From UHGV virus genome UHGV-0280597: a stretch of DNA of 16,951 bases; one strand, 5' to 3'. Shown here one piece after another: positions 7,171 to 14,087 of the stretch. The translations under genes were made by a program, and so were the position numbers. The notes under the pieces are model-generated. The model saw nothing but the letters and a program-made list of their open reading frames with translations, ran no database searches and was not told the origin of the DNA. Source of the stretch: a virus. The number at the start of each line of letters is the position of its first letter. Position 1 is the first letter of the stretch.

Positions 7171-7470
7171 TCAAATAAGTGGTTTGCTGCCTAATTTCAT
7201 TTTCTGGCGACCAACACAAGTCACACCCATTTCACTGCGTGGCTTGCGGTAGTAAATACGGTTCTGTTTACTCTCGACTTCTTCTGCCTTCTTGCAGCGA
7301 AGGCTTCCGAGTGATGCTGCTTTATCTGCTCTGACGCAACCAGAGAGCTTTAGCGCAATTTTTCGCGCCAGTCGCTGCTCTTGCATTGCCTGTTCACGTT
7401 GAGCCTGTCTGCGTGCTCTGCGGCGATTTCTGGCGTTATCGTCAGCCAGATATGTAATGACTACTGTCAT
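7171..7470 (-). CDS. N: N-like transcription antitermination protein, 99 aa
   Basis: ORF-track ORF; GGAGG 5 nt upstream of the ATG at 7470; N-terminal arginine-rich motif (NARNRRRARRQAQ); C-terminus RKPRSEMGVTCVGRQKMKLGSKPLI resembles the lambda N C-terminus (recall); nut sites found in both operons. Confidence 0.8.
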   Translation of the reverse strand: MTVVITYLADDNARNRRRARRQAQREQAMQEQRLARKIALKLSGCVRADKAASLGSLRCKKAEEVESKQNRIYYRKPRSEMGVTCVGRQKMKLGSKPLI

Positions 7471-7782
7471 GTTGACCTCCGATGAAACAACTTTGGAATT
7501 TTTTTATTACAAAGTTGTTTCCATCCCCGCCAATTAGACGGGGATGGAAGAGCATTTATGAGCCTTTATGGACTCTGCTCGATCAGTTCTATTTAATTAA
7601 TCTCTCAATTGAATGTAAGTATTCACATAAATCCTCCTACCTCTTGTGCAGCTTTCTTGAATATGGTGGCGGCTGCATAACGCCTATGGAATTGACTTTG
7701 GCGGTGACGCGCCGGGTGCTTATCTTCCGGTTGCCGTCGTGCAGCTGCACTTCACGTCACCCCAAAGCCAACTACTCTTTGG

Positions 7783-7825
7783 TTCCCGCATTTCGGCGGG
7801 ACAATCCCATCAATGTTAAAGAGCC
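7783..7825 (-). promoter_or_regulatory. nutL (boxA-like GGCTCTTTAACA plus boxB hairpin)
   Basis: Minus-strand reading GGCTCTTTAACA-12 nt-TCCCGCCGAAATGCGGGAA; the boxB hairpin is identical to the one at 9479-9497 downstream of cro. Confidence 0.7.
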
Positions 7826-7872
7826 TACCAATCTGTTCCGTTTGGCTACCAGCGTCCTGCTGATGGCTAAAG

Positions 7873-7956
7873 AATACTGTAGGTATTTTATTGTGTAAAT
7901 ACCCAAGGTATTTATTTTGGTGAAATAATGATAAGCAAATGAATACAAAGGATATT
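7873..7956 (-). promoter_or_regulatory. OL operator cluster (three AATAC-N5-GTATT sites) with candidate pL
   Basis: Palindromic sites at 7873-7887 (AATACtgtagGTATT), 7898-7912 (AATACccaagGTATT) and 7942-7956 (AATACaaaggATATT); same motif as OR; candidate leftward -35/-10 (TTTACA-17-TATTCT) overlaps the first two sites. Confidence 0.6.
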
Positions 7957-8042
7957 TATTTTTTCGGTGTCTGCTTGTTCAGTGCTTTTTATGCGGGATA
8001 TGTGAAGTGGATCCCGATAGCTATTGCTGCCGGGATTATGGG

Positions 8043-8411
8043 TTAGTCAGCGAAGGTTAAGACGAGAATTACCTTAATGATGTCTGCTACAACAGACACG
8101 GCCATAGATAAACCAAAGACGATCCAAGCCATAGAGATGTCTTCACTACCATCGTATAGAGTTCCGTAATCACTGGTGTAAGGCGTAAATGTCGCGCCTT
8201 GATACAACAAGTATAAGCTTGATCCATAGAGGATAAATGCAGATATCCCTTGTATTGCTATGATCACTAGAATCATGAAACGAGCTGATCTATGCGCCCA
8301 AGCCTGGCTTATTTTTTCTGATAGAGATTTCGCAATAAAAGCATGCGCTAAGCCGTAAATTGTCGAGATTGCCAACATCCCCAAAAAGCTTGCTATAGCG
8401 GTTCCAACCAT
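8043..8411 (-). CDS. hypothetical small integral membrane protein (about 3 TM helices) in the rexAB slot, about 122 aa
   Basis: ORF-track ORF 8043..8432 (TTG start); more likely ATG at 8411 preceded by AAGGGG; begins 17 nt after the cI stop on the same strand with no intervening terminator seen; strongly hydrophobic segments. Confidence 0.6.
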   Translation of the reverse strand: MVGTAIASFLGMLAISTIYGLAHAFIAKSLSEKISQAWAHRSARFMILVIIAIQGISAFILYGSSLYLLYQGATFTPYTSDYGTLYDGSEDISMAWIVFGLSMAVSVVADIIKVILVLTFAD

Positions 8412-8428
8412 AATCGCCCCTTGCGTGA

Positions 8429-9145
8429 TCAAACCAGCCTTAGTTTTGTCTCAATTGCAACGCCTATAATCTTGCAGTTTCCATTGATTGGCACGAGAGG
8501 CCATGCAGGGTTAAGTCCCTTGAGGTATTTATTTCCGCCGTCGATTATCAGCTTCTTGAATGTTGCTTCGTTAGAGTCAGAAAGTTTTGCTATGACCAAG
8601 CTGCCGTTGATCGCCTCCCTTCCGGTATCGAAAAGAACGAATGTTCCCTCTGGAATGCTTAACCCAACCGGTGCCGTCATTGAATCACCTTCCACTTTAA
8701 GCCAGAACGCATTACCTTGAATATGCGCGTCAGACTCAAGCCAAACATCTATGTCTTTAATGGTGTATGGTTCGCATGCTTCACACCACGAGCCAGCCTG
8801 GATACTGCTTAACACCGGATACCTCTTTCCTGCTCTGTATTCCCCTGCATACCTTACGTTGGCATCGCTCTTAAGGCTTTCTGCCTGTTCTGCAACCTTG
8901 GCAGCAATTGACTGGCTAAAATCAGCAATTGAGACTTGCAACAATCGTGCAAAACCAGATGCAACCTCAACGTTTAGCGCGTTTCTGCCATTAAGATAAT
9001 GCCCTACCGCTCCTTGGGTGATACCCAGTTCATCAGCGATTGAGTATTGGGTTATTCCCAATTCTTTCTTTTTTGACTCATACAAAGCCTTAAGCCGCTT
9101 AGCGTCTTCGAGCTGTTCTGTCGTCAGTGATTTTTTATTTTCCAT
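8429..9145 (-). CDS. cI: CI-like prophage repressor (HTH N-domain plus LexA/S24-type autocleavage C-domain), 238 aa
   Basis: ORF-track ORF; N-terminus MENKKSLTTEQLEDAKRLKALYESKKKELGITQ parallels lambda CI (recall); GDSM serine motif in the C-domain; divergent from cro across a 106-bp operator region; no Shine-Dalgarno before the ATG (leaderless-type start). Confidence 0.9.
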   Translation of the reverse strand: MENKKSLTTEQLEDAKRLKALYESKKKELGITQYSIADELGITQGAVGHYLNGRNALNVEVASGFARLLQVSIADFSQSIAAKVAEQAESLKSDANVRYAGEYRAGKRYPVLSSIQAGSWCEACEPYTIKDIDVWLESDAHIQGNAFWLKVEGDSMTAPVGLSIPEGTFVLFDTGREAINGSLVIAKLSDSNEATFKKLIIDGGNKYLKGLNPAWPLVPINGNCKIIGVAIETKLRLV

Positions 9146-9151
9146 AGCTTA

Positions 9152-9220
9152 ATTCTAATAGCTAAGGTACTTAAACTAAAAATACCCTGAGTATTGATTG
9201 CTTTGAATACCTGTAGTATT
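9152..9220. promoter_or_regulatory. OR operator region (three sites) with pRM/pR
   Basis: Sites 9206-9220 (AATACctgtaGTATT) and 9181-9195 (AATACcctgaGTATT) are perfect; 9157-9171 (AATAGctaagGTACT) is degenerate; spacing 24-25 bp; minus-strand TAGAAT (plus 9152-9157) sits 6 nt upstream of the cI ATG. Confidence 0.65.
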
Positions 9221-9251
9221 CTTTGTTCATGGTTAATAACGGAGAGTGCAT

Positions 9252-9446
9252 ATGATTCGAATGACACTTGCCGATTACGCCAAAATCCATGGACAGGCTA
9301 AAGCAGCCAGTGACTTTGGTGTAATCCAGTGCGCTATCAGCAAGGCCATTCTGGCAGGCCGTAACATCATGGTTACGGTAAAGCCTGATGGCAGTGTGAT
9401 TGGAGAGGAAGTTCGTCCTTTCCCAAGCAACAAGAAAAACAAATAG
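9252..9446 (+). CDS. cro: Cro-like repressor, 64 aa from the ATG at 9252
   Basis: ORF-track ORF 9246..9446 (GTG); ATG at 9252 preceded by GGAGAG; sequence [62 protein letters not shown] parallels lambda Cro (recall). Confidence 0.85.
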   Translation: MIRMTLADYAKIHGQAKAASDFGVIQCAISKAILAGRNIMVTVKPDGSVIGEEVRPFPSNKKNK

Positions 9447-9452
9447 TAACAC

Positions 9453-9497
9453 CGCTCTTTAACAGTCATGGTCCTCATTCCCGCCGAAATGCGGGAA
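9453..9497 (+). promoter_or_regulatory. nutR (boxA CGCTCTTTAACA plus boxB hairpin)
   Basis: CGCTCTTTAACA at 9453-9464 followed after 13 nt by hairpin TTCCCGC-CGAAAT-GCGGGAA (9478-9497); same boxB as nutL. Confidence 0.7.
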
Positions 9498-9503
9498 TAC
9501 AAC

Positions 9504-9537
9504 GCGCATAATTTGATGCGCATAACTTCTTATTTGT
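9504..9537 (+). terminator. tR1-like terminator candidate
   Basis: Stem GCGCAT/ATGCGC (9504-9509/9516-9521), loop AATTTG, followed by a T-rich tract (ataacttcttatttgtt); lies between nutR and cII. Confidence 0.35.
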
Positions 9538-9554
9538 TAAGGAAATACTTACAT

Positions 9555-9833
9555 ATGCAACTTACAAGTACTCGCAAGAAAGCGAATGCAATTACAAGCA
9601 ACATCCTGAATCGAATTGCTGTACGTGGTCAGCGAAAGGTTGCTGATGCATTAGGGATTAATGAATCGCAAATTTCGCGATGGAAAGACAGCTTTATCCC
9701 AAAGATGGCCATGCTTCTGGCCGTTCTTGAATGGGGTGTTGAAGACGAGGAGTTGGCGGAACTGGCTAAGAAAGTAGCCAGAATGCTGACAAAAGAAAAA
9801 GCCCCGAAGAACGGCGAATTCTTCGAGGCCTGA
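9555..9833 (+). CDS. cII: CII-like transcriptional activator, 92 aa from the ATG at 9555
   Basis: ORF-track ORF 9468..9833 trimmed to the ATG at 9555 preceded by AAGGA; segment QISRWKDSFIPKMAMLLAVLEWGVEDEELAELAKKVARML parallels lambda CII (recall). Confidence 0.85.
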   Translation: MQLTSTRKKANAITSNILNRIAVRGQRKVADALGINESQISRWKDSFIPKMAMLLAVLEWGVEDEELAELAKKVARMLTKEKAPKNGEFFEA

Positions 9834-9867
9834 TGTAGAAAGACTGGATCAATCCACAGGAGTCATT

Positions 9868-10029
9868 ATGACAAAACGTCGTAAGAAATACCAGGAAAAA
9901 GAAGAGATTCGACACCCTGATTCACCTGAGGGATTAGTGGTAGCCGCAGCAAATAACAGGGCGTTCGCAGAGCGCCTTGTTGGTGTTTACAGACTAGCCA
10001 AAGCAGGAGTGAAGCATGGGCGTCGTTAA
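9868..10029 (+). CDS. hypothetical small basic protein, 53 aa (below the ORF-track cutoff)
   Basis: Manual translation MTKRRKKYQEKEEIRHPDSPEGLVVAAANNRAFAERLVGVYRLAKAGVKHGRR; GGAG 6 nt upstream of the ATG at 9868; fills the gap between cII and the replication gene. Confidence 0.3.
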   Translation: MTKRRKKYQEKEEIRHPDSPEGLVVAAANNRAFAERLVGVYRLAKAGVKHGRR

Positions 10030-10906
10030 GTTAGCTGATTACAGGCATAACCCTGTACAACATCAGGAGGCATCCAGTATGGGGTATGTCTCTATACACC
10101 GCCAGTTTATGGACAGCAGGCTCTATAAGGACTCTCAGGCAGTACATCTTTGGCTTCACTTAATCCTCAAGGCTAATCACGAATCTACTGTCGTCAATAC
10201 GGATATCGGTCCGATAACTGTTGATCGCGGTCAGATGATAACTGGACGCCCGTCGCTGGTCAGAGAAACATTCATCCCCGACAACAAAGTTCGGAGCTTA
10301 TTACGGACTTTTGAGTCGAAAGGTATGCTTAATATTTGCTCGATGGGGAAGAAATTTAGCCTGTTTACAATCGTTAAATATGACGATTTTCAGGCAAAAA
10401 ATTGTCCAACGGTTGTCCAACGGTTGTCCAACGCAAACACCAGTAATGGCGCGGCTCTCAGCGGAGATTGTCCAACGGTTGTCCAACGGTTGTCCATAAA
10501 CAATAATATAAATAATATCTCTAATACTGACGTATTAGAGAGTGCCACAGCAGACAAAAAGTCTGACAAGAAAAAACCTTCCGTTAGCTGTCAGGATGTT
10601 GTCGATGCTTACCACGAAATCCTTCCTGAAGCGCCAAGAATCCGCGCACTGAATGACAAGCGTAAAAACCAGATCCGAACGTTCTGGCGCAAAGCCGGAG
10701 TGATAACCCGACAGCTTGACGGGCATGGTTTCACGATGCAGGACTGGAGAAATTATTTGAGCTACGTAGGCGAAAATTGCCGATGGATGTTCGAAGAGCG
10801 CCCAAACCATCAGCGCGGAACCGTCTGGCACAAAAAGGGATTTGATTTCCTGCTTAACGATAATACCTACCTGAAAGTTCGTGAGGGTGAACACGATGAC
10901 CGATAA
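10016..10906 (+). CDS. replication initiator (O-like) with origin iterons inside the coding sequence
   Basis: ORF-track ORF; alternative start ATG 10079 has a stronger Shine-Dalgarno (AGGAGG, 8-nt spacer); the iterons translate in frame as CPTVVQRLSN; stop overlaps the helicase start. Confidence 0.75.
   Translation: MGVVKLADYRHNPVQHQEASSMGYVSIHRQFMDSRLYKDSQAVHLWLHLILKANHESTVVNTDIGPITVDRGQMITGRPSLVRETFIPDNKVRSLLRTFESKGMLNICSMGKKFSLFTIVKYDDFQAKNCPTVVQRLSNANTSNGAALSGDCPTVVQRLSINNNINNISNTDVLESATADKKSDKKKPSVSCQDVVDAYHEILPEAPRIRALNDKRKNQIRTFWRKAGVITRQLDGHGFTMQDWRNYLSYVGENCRWMFEERPNHQRGTVWHKKGFDFLLNDNTYLKVREGEHDDR
10402..10530. repeat. ori iterons: six 11-bp direct repeats (TTGTCCAACGG) in two blocks of three, followed by an AT-rich tract
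   Basis: Units at 10402-10412, 10413-10423, 10424-10434 and 10468-10478, 10479-10489, 10490-10500 (last degenerate), then ataaacaataatataaataatatctctaatactg; lambdoid ori architecture. Confidence 0.75.
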
Positions 10907-12332
10907 TTTTTATGCGCCGCCCCATAGCATCGAGGCAGAGCAGGCGGTGATTGGTGGATTGCTTCTGGATGATGACAGCAGTGAGCGCGTCCAGAAGGTT
11001 CTGGCGATGCTGAATCCTGACTCATTTTACAGCCGACCACACAAAATCCTTTTCGAAGAAATAACCAGAATGCACCGGGAGCAAAAGCCAGTAGATGGCC
11101 TGACGCTTTTCGATGAACTGGAGCGTAAATCGTTAACGGCGTCTGTTGGCGGTTTTGCTTATATCGCTGAGATCGCAAAGAACACGCCAAGCGCAGCAAA
11201 CATCGTTGCCTATGCAATGCAGGTTCGTGAAACCGCAATGGAACGCTACGCCATCAACCGCATGACTGAAGCGACGGAATTGCTCTATTCCCGCAACGGA
11301 ATGACTGCAACGCAGAAGTACGAAGCTATTCAGGCGATTTTCACGCAACTGACAGACCATGCAAAAACCGGATCGCGTCGCGGCCTTCGCTCATTTGGTG
11401 AGGTCATGGAAGACTGGGTTAGCGACCTTGAGAAGCGATTTGACCCGTCAGGCGAACAACGAGGAATGAGCACAGGGATCCCATCGCTGGACAGGATGCT
11501 GTCACCGAAAGGTCTGGTGAAAGGCTCTCTGTTTGTCATTGGCGCTCGCCCTAAGATGGGGAAAACGACGCTATACAGCCAGATGGCAATCAACTGCGCA
11601 GTGCATGAGAAAAAGCCCGCTCTGATGTTCAGCCTTGAAATGCCCGGTGACCAGATACTGGAAAAACTGGTAGGGCAGAAGTCAGGTGTTAACCCAAATA
11701 TTTTTTACCTTCCGGTGACAAATGACGCTGATGACGGATATCAGGGTGATTACGATGGTGACTTCAACAGGGCGATCGAAACAGCCAATCGCTTGAGTGA
11801 AATCGACCTGCTTTACATCGACGACACGCCGGGATTATCTCTGGCTCAAATCGTCAGCGAAAGCCGTCGAATCAAGCGAGAAAAAGGATGTGTTGGCATG
11901 ATTCTGGTCGATTACCTGACACTAATGACTGCTGAGAAGGCCGATCGAAACGACCTTGCCTACGGCATGATCACCAAAGGACTGAAGAACCTTGCCAAAG
12001 AGCTTGATTGCGTTGTTGTGCTTTTGACACAGCTTAACCGCGCGCTGGAAAGCCGAACCAATAAACGCCCATTACCAAGTGACTCGCGAGATACAGGGCA
12101 GATTGAACAGGATTGCGATTATTGGGTGGGGATCCATCGGGAAGGTGCTTTTGATGACAGCGTTCCTCCTGGTGAAACCGAACTAATCCTTCGTCTCAAT
12201 CGTCATGGCAATACCGGCACGGTGTATTGCATTCAGGCAAATGGCGCTATTTATGACACAGACCAACAGTCTGCTGAAATGCGCCGCCGTGAACGCGAGG
12301 AACCGCAATCCAAGAAGAAAGGAGGATTCTGA
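10896..12332 (+). CDS. DnaB-family replicative helicase, 478 aa
   Basis: ORF-track ORF 10881..12332 trimmed to the ATG at 10896 (GAGGGTGA upstream); N-terminal SIEAEQAVIGGLL motif and Walker A GARPKMGKT typical of DnaB-like helicases (recall). Confidence 0.9.
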   Translation: MTDNFYAPPHSIEAEQAVIGGLLLDDDSSERVQKVLAMLNPDSFYSRPHKILFEEITRMHREQKPVDGLTLFDELERKSLTASVGGFAYIAEIAKNTPSAANIVAYAMQVRETAMERYAINRMTEATELLYSRNGMTATQKYEAIQAIFTQLTDHAKTGSRRGLRSFGEVMEDWVSDLEKRFDPSGEQRGMSTGIPSLDRMLSPKGLVKGSLFVIGARPKMGKTTLYSQMAINCAVHEKKPALMFSLEMPGDQILEKLVGQKSGVNPNIFYLPVTNDADDGYQGDYDGDFNRAIETANRLSEIDLLYIDDTPGLSLAQIVSESRRIKREKGCVGMILVDYLTLMTAEKADRNDLAYGMITKGLKNLAKELDCVVVLLTQLNRALESRTNKRPLPSDSRDTGQIEQDCDYWVGIHREGAFDDSVPPGETELILRLNRHGNTGTVYCIQANGAIYDTDQQSAEMRRREREEPQSKKKGGF

Positions 12333-12412
12333 TGACCATCTACATCACTGAGCTTGTAACAGGCCTGCTGGTAATCGCAGGCCTTTTTATTTGGGGGAGA
12401 GGGAAGTCATGA
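12332..12412 (+). CDS. hypothetical 26-aa hydrophobic peptide
   Basis: Manual translation MTIYITELVTGLLVIAGLFIWGRGKS; AAGGAGG with 6-nt spacer before the ATG at 12332; start overlaps the helicase stop and its stop overlaps the ninB start. Confidence 0.35.
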   Translation: MTIYITELVTGLLVIAGLFIWGRGKS

Positions 12413-12849
12413 AAAAACTAACCTTTGAAATTCGATCTCCAGCACATCAGCAAAACGCTATTCACGCAGTACAGCAAATCCTTCCAGACCCAACCAAACC
12501 AATCGTAGTAACCATTCAGGAACGCAACCGCAGCTTAGACCAAAACAGGAAGCTATGGGCCTGCTTAGGTGACGTCTCTCGTCAGGTTGAATGGCATGGT
12601 CGCTGGCTGGATGCAGAAAGCTGGAAGTGTGTGTTTACCGCAGCATTAAAGCAGCAGGATGTTGTTCCTAACCTTGCCGGGAATGGCTTTGTGGTAATAG
12701 GCCAGTCAACCAGCAGGATGCGTGTAAGCGAATTTGCGGAGCTATTAGAGCTTATACAGGCATTCGGTACAGAGCGTGGCGTTAAGTGGTCAGACGAAGC
12801 GCGACTGGCTCTGGAGTGGAAAGCGAGATGGGGAGATCGGGCTGCATGA
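12409..12849 (+). CDS. ninB: NinB (Orf-family recombination protein), 146 aa
   Basis: ORF-track ORF 12391..12849 trimmed to the ATG at 12409; sequence MKKLTFEIRSPAHQQNAIHAVQQILPDP matches my recollection of lambda NinB closely. Confidence 0.9.
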   Translation: MKKLTFEIRSPAHQQNAIHAVQQILPDPTKPIVVTIQERNRSLDQNRKLWACLGDVSRQVEWHGRWLDAESWKCVFTAALKQQDVVPNLAGNGFVVIGQSTSRMRVSEFAELLELIQAFGTERGVKWSDEARLALEWKARWGDRAA

Positions 12850-13373
12850 CTATCAAATCAAATACGCCAGCACACGACAAGGACTGCTGGCAAACGCCGC
12901 TTTGGCTTTTTGATGCACTGGATATTGAGTTTGGATTCTGGCTGGATTCGGCAGCGAGCGACAAAAATGCTCTGTGTGCTCACTGGCTAACTGAGGCCGA
13001 CGACGCGCTCAATTCTGAGTGGGTAAGCCACGGTGCAATCTGGAATAACCCACCGTACAGCAATATCAGGCCGTGGGTGGAAAAAGCCGCTGAGCAGTGC
13101 ATACAACAGCGACAGACGGTAGTTATGCTTGTGCCAGAGGATATGTCAGTCGGATGGTTCAGCAAGGCTCTGGAGAGTGTCGACGAAGTTCGCATTATCA
13201 CTGATGGACGGATTAATTTTATCGAACCATCGACAGGGCTGGAGAAGAAGGGAAACAGCAAAGGCTCCATGCTGCTGATTTGGCGACCGTTCATCAGTCC
13301 TCGACGGATGTTTACTACCGTATCCAAAGCGGCATTGATGGCGATCGGGCAGGGCGTCAGGAGGGCGGCATGA
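12846..13373 (+). CDS. phage DNA N6-adenine methyltransferase (Dam-like), 175 aa
   Basis: ORF-track ORF 12786..13373 trimmed to the ATG at 12846 (ATGA overlap with ninB stop); NPPY catalytic motif ([10 protein letters not shown]) typical of N6-adenine methyltransferases. Confidence 0.8.
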   Translation: MTIKSNTPAHDKDCWQTPLWLFDALDIEFGFWLDSAASDKNALCAHWLTEADDALNSEWVSHGAIWNNPPYSNIRPWVEKAAEQCIQQRQTVVMLVPEDMSVGWFSKALESVDEVRIITDGRINFIEPSTGLEKKGNSKGSMLLIWRPFISPRRMFTTVSKAALMAIGQGVRRAA

Positions 13374-13546
13374 GGCGACAGCGACGAAGTTTCACCGACA
13401 TCATCTGCGAAAACTGCAAATACCTTCCAACGAAACGCTCCAGAAATAAACGCAAGCCAATCCCAAAAGAATCTGACGTAAAAACCTTCAACTACACGGC
13501 TCACCTGTGGGATATCCGGTGGCTAAGACATCGTGCGAGGAAATGA
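13370..13546 (+). CDS. ninE: NinE, 58 aa
   Basis: In-frame ATG at 13370 within ORF-track ORF 13280..13546; [52 protein letters not shown] resembles lambda NinE (recall); ATGA overlap with the methylase stop. Confidence 0.8.
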   Translation: MRRQRRSFTDIICENCKYLPTKRSRNKRKPIPKESDVKTFNYTAHLWDIRWLRHRARK

Positions 13547-13908
13547 CAATGGATTATTCACAGTTAAGTGATTTTGAAATTAACGTGGCGGTATTCGAAG
13601 CCATTCATAACGGATCACCGGATTACAAAGAAGGTGAGAATGGCGATATGGTGTTTGTCTCATTTGAGGGAGACATTGTAAACGGAGACGCAGTTGAAGT
13701 AGAAGTTGAGCGCGGATCCTTTAACCCATGCGCAAACCCAGCAGACTCATGGCCGATTATTGAAAAATACAGGATTAGCATTATCAATCTCGATGAAGAC
13801 GAGTGGGGTGCACGCGGTGTGGCCTACTGTAAATCTAAGCGAGCTATACATGAAAATCCCCTCCGCGCCGCCATGATTGTCTTTCTCATGATGCAGAGAA
13901 TCCAATAA
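13543..13908 (+). CDS. hypothetical nin-region protein, 121 aa
   Basis: ORF-track ORF 13507..13908 trimmed to the ATG at 13543 (overlaps ninE stop); acidic; conserved position in nin regions but family not confidently recognised. Confidence 0.6.
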   Translation: MTMDYSQLSDFEINVAVFEAIHNGSPDYKEGENGDMVFVSFEGDIVNGDAVEVEVERGSFNPCANPADSWPIIEKYRISIINLDEDEWGARGVAYCKSKRAIHENPLRAAMIVFLMMQRIQ

Positions 13909-14087
13909 TGCTTAGCCCATCCCAATCCATTCAATACCAGAAAGAAAGCGTCGAGCGGGCTTTAACGTGCGCTAATTGCGGTCAAAAGCTGCATGTGCTG
14001 GAAGTTCACGTGTGTGAGCACTGCTGTGCAGAACTGATGAGCGATCCGAATAGCTCAATGTACGAGGAAGAAGACGATGGTGATTAG
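13908..14087 (+). CDS. ninF: NinF, 59 aa (below the ORF-track cutoff)
   Basis: Manual translation [59 protein letters not shown] matches my recollection of lambda NinF; start overlaps the preceding stop. Confidence 0.75.
   Translation: MLSPSQSIQYQKESVERALTCANCGQKLHVLEVHVCEHCCAELMSDPNSSMYEEEDDGD

Noticed and set aside
7482-7898. 138-aa plus-strand ORF from the six-frame track
   Set aside because: It spans the N leader hairpins, nutL and the first OL operator, has no ribosome-binding site, and is better explained as regulatory DNA read in a chance open frame.
8421-9523. ORFs 8421..8720 (+), 8751..8999 (+), 9171..9452 (-) and 9275..9523 (-)
   Set aside because: Antisense to the cI or cro genes or spanning the operator and nutR regions; incompatible with the clear divergent repressor/cro architecture.
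10402-10500. Short tandem direct repeats that could be mistaken for a CRISPR array
   Set aside because: Units are 11 bp, contiguous without unique spacers, lie inside the replication initiator gene and are followed by an AT-rich tract, which fits an iteron origin rather than CRISPR.
10867-11593. Three minus-strand ORFs (10867..11238, 11133..11360, 11330..11593)
   Set aside because: All are antisense within the DnaB-like helicase gene, lack ribosome-binding sites and have Arg/Ser/Cys-rich composition typical of antisense artefacts.
12980-13504. 174-aa minus-strand ORF
   Set aside because: Antisense to the tightly coupled methylase-ninE genes on the plus strand, in a region otherwise entirely plus-strand coding.
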